A stretch of DNA of 56,788 nucleotides, the filler included, from Platydemus manokwari (taxonomy: Eukaryota): assembly GCA_037951405.1 (NCBI GenBank). It is 5 parts of 5 records of this genome, joined end to end, with 100 filler letters (N's around TTAATTAATTAA, not from the genome) between each part and the next. Parts side by side here need not be neighbours in the genome. Positions count along the whole stretch, not along the records: positions 45,864 to 56,788 come from JBBMOY011054411.1; 4 more parts are not named here. One strand, 5' to 3'. The notes below the pieces were generated by a model. That model had not been told where the DNA came from. It worked only from the letters and a program-made list of their open reading frames with translations, and ran no database searches. A program made the translations under genes and the position numbers. Every line of letters starts with the position of its first letter. Position 1 is the first letter of the stretch. Shown piece by piece: positions 49,746-56,788 of this stretch.

Positions 49746-52700
49746 TATATTTTTTCATTTTTTCTATTATTAAGTCAACACCTTTGTCTTTTTTTAATTT
49801 TTCAAGCCGTTAAGATAAATACATTTTTCATAACTTTATTTTTAACAAAAACTTTTCATTTATATATATGTTACATTCGGGTCTTATGGATTTTATTATT
49901 TTATCAATCTCATTTCTATTTGATACCACTATTGTCTTAAACAGTCTCAATGAGTTATCGATTAAGGCCACAGGTGTAATCTTCCTTATTTTGCACAATC
50001 TTCGCCTCGCAAAACATTGTTGTGTGAAGACAATAGGTGTGTCAATAGTGATATATCTTAACTTTCGATTTCAGTTTATACACTTTATTTAAATTCCTAA
50101 AATCGCCGAGGCTCATGATAATTAGCAATAATTTATAATCCATATTTAATCAATAACTATGCTTGCAACTACAAATGTTTATTACTAAATAGCAATGATA
50201 CAGACTGGTTAAGAAATAAAATAAAAATTATAAATTGATTTTAATGGTACGTTACAACTTTTTGGAACAAGTCACAGTTAATAGGTCTCACACTCTTGGA
50301 GGAAAATCAGTCAACTCAGGGATTTGAGACACAGCTCGATAATAAAATATAAACGATTAAACTACAGTATTGATCAGTATTGTATAAAAAATTATTTTAC
50401 TGCTAGGTCACCCGGTAAAATACTGATATTGATCCTCAACACAGACTAATCTTTTTTTCTATTGAATTGTAGTCTCGATGTTGATACTATCACACTTGTT
50501 GAAACAATTAATCTGGTAATAATGTGTCGAAAAATGTGTCTCCTATACTGCGTCCGAAATTATGTCAGTGGAAATTGTGACTGAAGTCTTATATAGGCAC
50601 CCATGAATCAGATATTTTCTATGATTAAATTTAATGCCATACATGTATCACATTCTCGCTAGATATTATTTATAGAACAGAGAAATTCTCTATAAATTTA
50701 ATCGAATGAATATTTTATTCGCTGTCTGTATTTATTATGCCCGATAATCTGTGGTAATTTATTTATGAGTGTCACAGTGCGATAATATTTAGGGAATTAA
50801 CGGATTTGTCCTACATAAGCTCTACTGATATTATTATTTTAAATATTTATAGATAATAATTATAATAAACATTCAATATATTGCTTGATGAATATCATTT
50901 TAAACTGATTTCTCTAAATGGTTCCAAGAATTGTCAAGTCATAAAAAATAAACACTGGTTAAATAAAAATTAATACACGCGAAACACATATTGTCATGCA
51001 TTAAAATGCAAATGTCATAAAACTTGGCAATTAATGCTGTGCAAAGTTTAGTTTAATTTAGTTGTTTTATAAAAGAATATATATTGACTTAGATTGACTC
51101 AAAAATCAATTTTAAACTTTTTGGCCAATTAGGCTCAATCTCAAATATTTCAATTCCGAATATCTTCTACACAAACTCAGACTCAGTTTCCGACTTGATT
51201 CGTTCAATAAGAAATACAGCTCATTTTTGTACTATTGGCTTTGGACAAATTTAATTTTTGATTAAATTTGTTATTACAAAGTTTATTTACATAATGATTT
51301 TACTAATTCTGTGATTTATATAATATCACTGTTTTTTTATATAACGAGATATCACTGGTCGCGTAGAAACTAGTGATTATACTGATTGATATGTGAATCA
51401 CTTTCTAACATATACGCGAGTTCATTTTCACAATGTTAATAACTGAATTTGGAGAGAGATATAATTCTTATTCCAACCACATTTTTGTCTTTTCCAAAAG
51501 CTTTGTTCTTTTTTATTTTTGTATAATTTATAGTTCTCCTAAGTTACCGTAAGCCTTTGATTTTAGCAATCTTTCTTCCAAATATAGCTTCAATTAATAT
51601 CACTCAAAGTCAATTCGCATTTGCTATAAACTACTTGTAATTTATTTTAATAATTTTAATTTCGTTTAATAAAAAATTCAAGAAATTTGATTCGGTTATT
51701 GCACTGATGGCAAAAAATCAAACAACCTAGTTACAATTTACAATAAACAGCTAAAGGCAAACTATCTTTTTAGTTCGGCTAATCATGTAGAGATTACCAA
51801 AACCTATGTCGTTACATTTCTTGTATTATTTTGAAATCATATCTATCAGTTTTTCATTAATTTTTATTAGTTTTCTTGTCAATAGGCTTCAGGTGTATCT
51901 TAATAAAATGCATTTATGAACACTTTTAAGAATACATTTATTACAATATATAATGAGTCGATTGAAATATTATTTTTAGTGCAGTAGTAGATATTAGCCG
52001 ACATAAAGTGGTGACAGTTAATTCAGTTAAGTTGTTTTTTGTTTTGAATGAATTCAAATAAAAACAACTTTGATATTTTATCTGAAACCAATCATCGATC
52101 GATAATGATCATTTAAAACTGAAATATAAAACATCACAAGCTCCAATAAAAAGATTAACAGATTTCAACACACATTAGATTGCAAATATTATTTTTTTAT
52201 ATTATTATAAATATAAAAATTCTGGAATACATACTTGATACAAAATCTTTATTCAAAGTAACAATAATCGAGTATTTATATTTATACGAAATCAAATATT
52301 ATAAAAGAGACAGAAAAGATAGAATCAAAAAAATCGTACAGATAATTTTCCATAATCGTTATCAACTATATTACTGATAAGAAAATATTTACTATTGATA
52401 TGCTGTACTGAAAATTGGAAGGGTTCCAAATAAAGATATTCCACGATAAAATCTGAATGAATAAAATAATATGAATATATACATCTAGAAATCGGTAGCG
52501 ACAAGTAATCGAAAGAGAAATTCCAAATAATAATAATTCACGATTTATATTATTATATAAATCCAATAAATATACAAGTGAATATCATAATATCCGATCA
52601 TGAATTCAAATTTACTTCAATTTTTGTAATTGATGTAGTAAATATTATCTACAATATCACAAGGATTCGAAATAATTATTAAGAAATCTTCAATTATATA

Positions 52701-53242
52701 AAGTGTATGTTTTTGAATTTCATTGATTTTAAGTTGATAATATTACAAGTGTTACAAGACTGTCGAGTTTGTTTTACAATAAATGCGCATTTCCATATTT
52801 TACAAGCTTGGCAAAAACGTATAACTAAATAGTGATCTATTGAAAATAAAGTTTTTTTGTTGAGTACTTACAATATTATATCCTGAATAAGACTTTGACG
52901 AAATCTACGATGTATAGCAACCTTAATAATAATAATAATTAAACATTTCAATTCAAATCACTTTATTTAGAAATTTAATTTCTTTAAGAAAATCTCAATT
53001 TATTTTGTTATAAAATTTTAAAATAGAGTTCAAGTATATTTATTAAATTATAGAATCCATCCTTACAATGTAGGTCGTTGATTTTTATTGATGTCTTGGT
53101 AACGAATTTTACAATTACAAAATTTTAATTAATAATTTACAATTAATAATTTCAATGAAGAAAATTTTTAAGTGATGAAACAAGCAGACATGAAATATCG
53201 ATAAAGATTTATAAAGAATTGATTAACCTGATTTTATAAATC

Positions 53243-54342
53243 TTAGAATTGATATACTTTAACACTTTCATCTTCGGAAGTACTTGAAAATTCAGATGAT
53301 TCAGAAGAAGAAGGAATCCTTTTAGATGGCAGTGAATTGCATTTTTGAAGATATTCTTTCTTTGTTATTATCTGTTTATTGAATAAGGGTTTGTAACTTG
53401 GCGGATTTGATACTTTTGTTAAAGATTGTGAATTCGATTCTTTGGGAGTTTGGGAATCAGATGATGAACTAGTTGATGAAACTGTTTCATTTTGTGGATT
53501 AGAAACTGTGACTGGGGTCGGCTGAACTTTTATATTTGGTTTTCGTATAGGAGGCTTAAATGACGAAATTGTAATCAAAGAACTTGAACCATCTGGAGAA
53601 GCACAATGAGGTCGAGTCCTTTTTTCTTTTAAAACAGGTCTTTCAAGATAACTGCTGTCTGTTGTAACCGAATTCATAGAAGGTTCTCTTTGTAGGGGCT
53701 TTTTTAGATTTTTCGTATTATCCAAATCACCATAGTTAAGATTTATAGGTTCCGGTGAAGACTTCTTTCTTAGTTGTTTTTTCTTTACTTCGTTTGATTT
53801 ATTGACAACCGGTTCCTTTTTAAGGCTTGTTGTTGAAAGTGAAGTTATGAAGTCTGGTAAAGACTTATATTTCGTACGAATCTCTTCAGCATTATAATCT
53901 GAACTATAATCATTAACTAATGAATCCATGGATCCAAATTCTTGATCTGATGATACATATGGAATAGAATTAACAGGACTTAGATAAGATGGAACAGGTC
54001 GTGGTCTATTTGTCAATGGTCCAAAAAGTTTTCGTTTCATGAAACTATCTGTGTTTTTAATGACTGAAATGTGATCTTTGTCAATCTTGTATCTTTTAGG
54101 AGGCTTCTTTAATTTAATAGAATTAATCGGTGATTGCCTAGACCATTTTTCTGTGTACTCGTGGTAACGGGTTTCTATGATATCTCCAGATGAACCAGCC
54201 AGGCTTTGATTTATCGGTGTCAGATCAATTTTACCTAATTTACTTTCGAGACTTTTGGATTTTTCCCTGATTGGAATATTTTTGTTTATATTGATTGTAG
54301 GTAGAGTTTGATAACTACGCGACGCAATATTTTTATTCTTAT
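53243..54342 (-). CDS. Large exon (~365 codons) of unidentified Ser/Pro/Lys-rich, probably disordered host protein
   Basis: The frame is open from a TTTTTTAG acceptor (exon start 54342) through the annotated ORF to TAA at 53243, or to a GT donor just before it. No domain recognised. Confidence 0.75.
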
Positions 54343-56345
54343 CTAAAAAATGATAATTACAAAAAAATTTTAAAAAAATTTTAAGAAATTTTTAAAAATA
54401 GTTTTCATCTTTAAGATATTTTAAATTTTTTTAAAAAAAGATTATCAGGCATTAACGGGGTCCAATTATAGATTGTATAAAAGAAGCCGCTTTGTCTCTA
54501 TGACTGAAAGTTTAAATAATTCCTTGTATTGTTTCTTTTGGTTGTCAATCAACAATCAAATTAAGAAAAGAAAAATACGGTAATGTTTCTCATTTACCAA
54601 ACAAATTAGAATAATGCAATCTCAAGAAATGGTGAAATATTTATAAAGAAAATGTTTTCTATAACTTCGGTTCTACATTGACGCATTCCTAAGATATTTC
54701 TCCTACTAAAATATCTAGAATTTATGAAAAGGTTATTCCATATATTGGTATTCAAAAAATATCATCTATTATTAAATGCTATACTTAAAAAATAATATTA
54801 GAAATGTAAAACATTCTTAAATTACTTCAACTCATGATATATGATAATAATATTTTAGAATTTTGCACTTGGAATTTTTTCAATGACTGTATTTTAGAAA
54901 TTAAAATAATGTAATAGAAAGATAAATGTACCCCCCTTAATGAATACTATTATTTTAAATGATGCCATAAAAATGAAAACAATATCACAATTTGAAAGAT
55001 ATTAAAAGATCTTTTAAACTTGTCGACAATGTAAGATCTATTGATTGTTTGTGACGTTGTTTAAGGAATTCTTTGAGAAAATCCAATTTCGATAATGTTG
55101 AAAACTTCTATAAAGACAAGTGAAGGAAACAACTGTTTTTGCTGTAGAATCGATATCAAATTTTTAAGAAAATTATCTTCAAATATCTTTCTTATTTCAA
55201 ATATTCTAATTATTTGAGAAAAAATTGAAAGTAAGGTTGTTATAATTCTATTATAAAAACTGTGCTGTGCGAAAAAGTACATATTGAATTATTATATCAC
55301 ATCCCAAGATCTAGCAACACATGTGGTGATATCAATAATTTTCACAGGGAGTGATCGTCATTGGTAATGAAAAAGCAATATCAAATTATATTCTCAATTT
55401 TTTCTGAAATGACATCAAAGCGTGTTTATAAATTCAAATATCGTTGTGAATTTAATCTATAAATAAACAAGAGCGAATCGTATTTCATAAGGCATTTGTT
55501 GCAAGACAATTTATGCTCGTTGATAAATTTATGCGCATATTTCTACCCGTTTTAGTAGATATCGATGGAACTCATTGATTATCTCGCGACATAATGATGT
55601 TGTCAAATATTTATTGATCAAACTTAACTTCACGAATTTCATTTCTGATTTTGATTGTTTTCATCCAAGACTCGATACAAACAATTGTTATATTAATATC
55701 TCAGTATTAATTGATATTTTATGAATATATTTGCATTCTCTAATGTCAATTTTTTGAGTTTAATAAAATGTTTAAAATTTAATTTTCGGTACAATTTAAT
55801 TTTTGTAAGACAGAGCTAGATTTTTTCTAAATTAGCAGATAAAAACTTTTAAGTTTGATTTTATGAAATTTCAATTAAATCATCAGTACAAGTTCTTTAA
55901 ATAAATTCCATTTCAACATAGGCTAATTAATTTTTGATTGTTCATTCAATTGTTTAAAGCAAAGCATTTTAAATATGAATAATTTTAATTTATAATTTGA
56001 AATTAAATTTCAATATTAAATAATATTATGCTATTTAATTTTAATTATATTTAAAAACTAATTAATTAATAAAAATAATTTATCATTTATATAAGGTAAT
56101 ATAAGCAATTTTGAAAGTGAAAATGCTTTAATTTATAGTTTTTTCCAAATTTTGTTCTTTCTACACTAGTGCTGTCAATTATGTCAAAAATCACATAAAC
56201 ATACAAAATGATCTATCAATTTACAATTTATCTCAAATATCAAAGGCATTTCCTATAATCTCATTAAACAAATCTAATTTAATACTTCATTTTATAATTG
56301 TGGATTTTGTCATATCAGATCAATTCATTCAAATTAAAATGTTAT

Positions 56346-56788
56346 GGCTAAAGTTATAAAAAGAGTGCTAAAATAAAATTTTAAAATTATTCAGTGTATT
56401 GCAAAATTCTGTATAGTTTATTTAATTATATTCTTAAAAATCATTCTGAATTTTTTACTTAAGCACTTAAGAAGAATTTGAATTGTTTTAAATTAAATAT
56501 TAAATACACTAGAGCTTCAAAGTTTATTAAAATTTTATTTTCTGAGAAGTGGATTGAAGTATATCGAATTGTAATTTATTGAAAATTAGCGAGGACCTCT
56601 TTTTTAACATTAGAAGCAATTGGTATGATATCTAAAATTTTTATAGTTATTTTTTAAATAAGTGACTTCGAAATTATTGAGAAGTGCCAGGTACAAAATA
56701 CTTGATTTTTTTCTCAAAATAAGTATTTTAATATCTATTTAATAGATTGGATACATAGATCCAAAACCTGTCGATGTTGTAATGAAAT
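56346..56788 (+). mobile_element. Second, diverged Merlin copy (5' terminus and transposase N-terminus), cut by window edge
   Basis: Terminus GGCTAAAGTTATAAAAAGAG. 56567-56615 matches the reverse complement of ~45000-45050, and GATCCAAAACCTGTC is shared with 44862-44876. GT-AG intron 56691-56745 sits at the position equivalent to 44881-44922, followed by SKTCRCCNE. Confidence 0.75.

Noticed and set aside
49830-52570. Scattered minus-strand open stretches and splice-like signals
   Set aside because: Could not be joined into a stop-free model; unassigned.

Overview
Very AT-rich animal genomic scaffold with short GT-AG introns of about 36-60 nt. A flatworm/planarian-like host is a guess from composition and content, not proven. 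Four 100-nt N-gaps carry a TTAATTAATTAA linker. Host genes: an intact 4-exon TRMT10C/MRPP1 (933-2362, +); an intact 8-exon, ~353-aa miniature CEP192/SPD-2-like gene keeping only two C-terminal ASH (PapD-like) domains (47325-49745, +); and two unassigned minus-strand exons. The dominant accessory feature is a decayed, >11.5-kb Ty3/Gypsy LTR retrotransposon on the minus strand (~2.9-14.6 kb). Its order is gag(CCHC) - ~4.8 kb of unrecognised coding sequence with an AT-hook - chuvirus-G/gB-like envelope glycoprotein - RT - RNase H - coiled coil. The envelope therefore lies upstream of, and in frame with, RT, and no protease or integrase is visible. Also present: an intron-containing Merlin (IS1016/IS1595-like) family (two transposase copies, four termini), a deleted Tc1/mariner element, a Buster/Charlie hAT MITE, two solo-LTR candidates, a LINE RT remnant and a local 139-bp duplication. 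All family assignments come from by-eye motif recognition; no searches were run.
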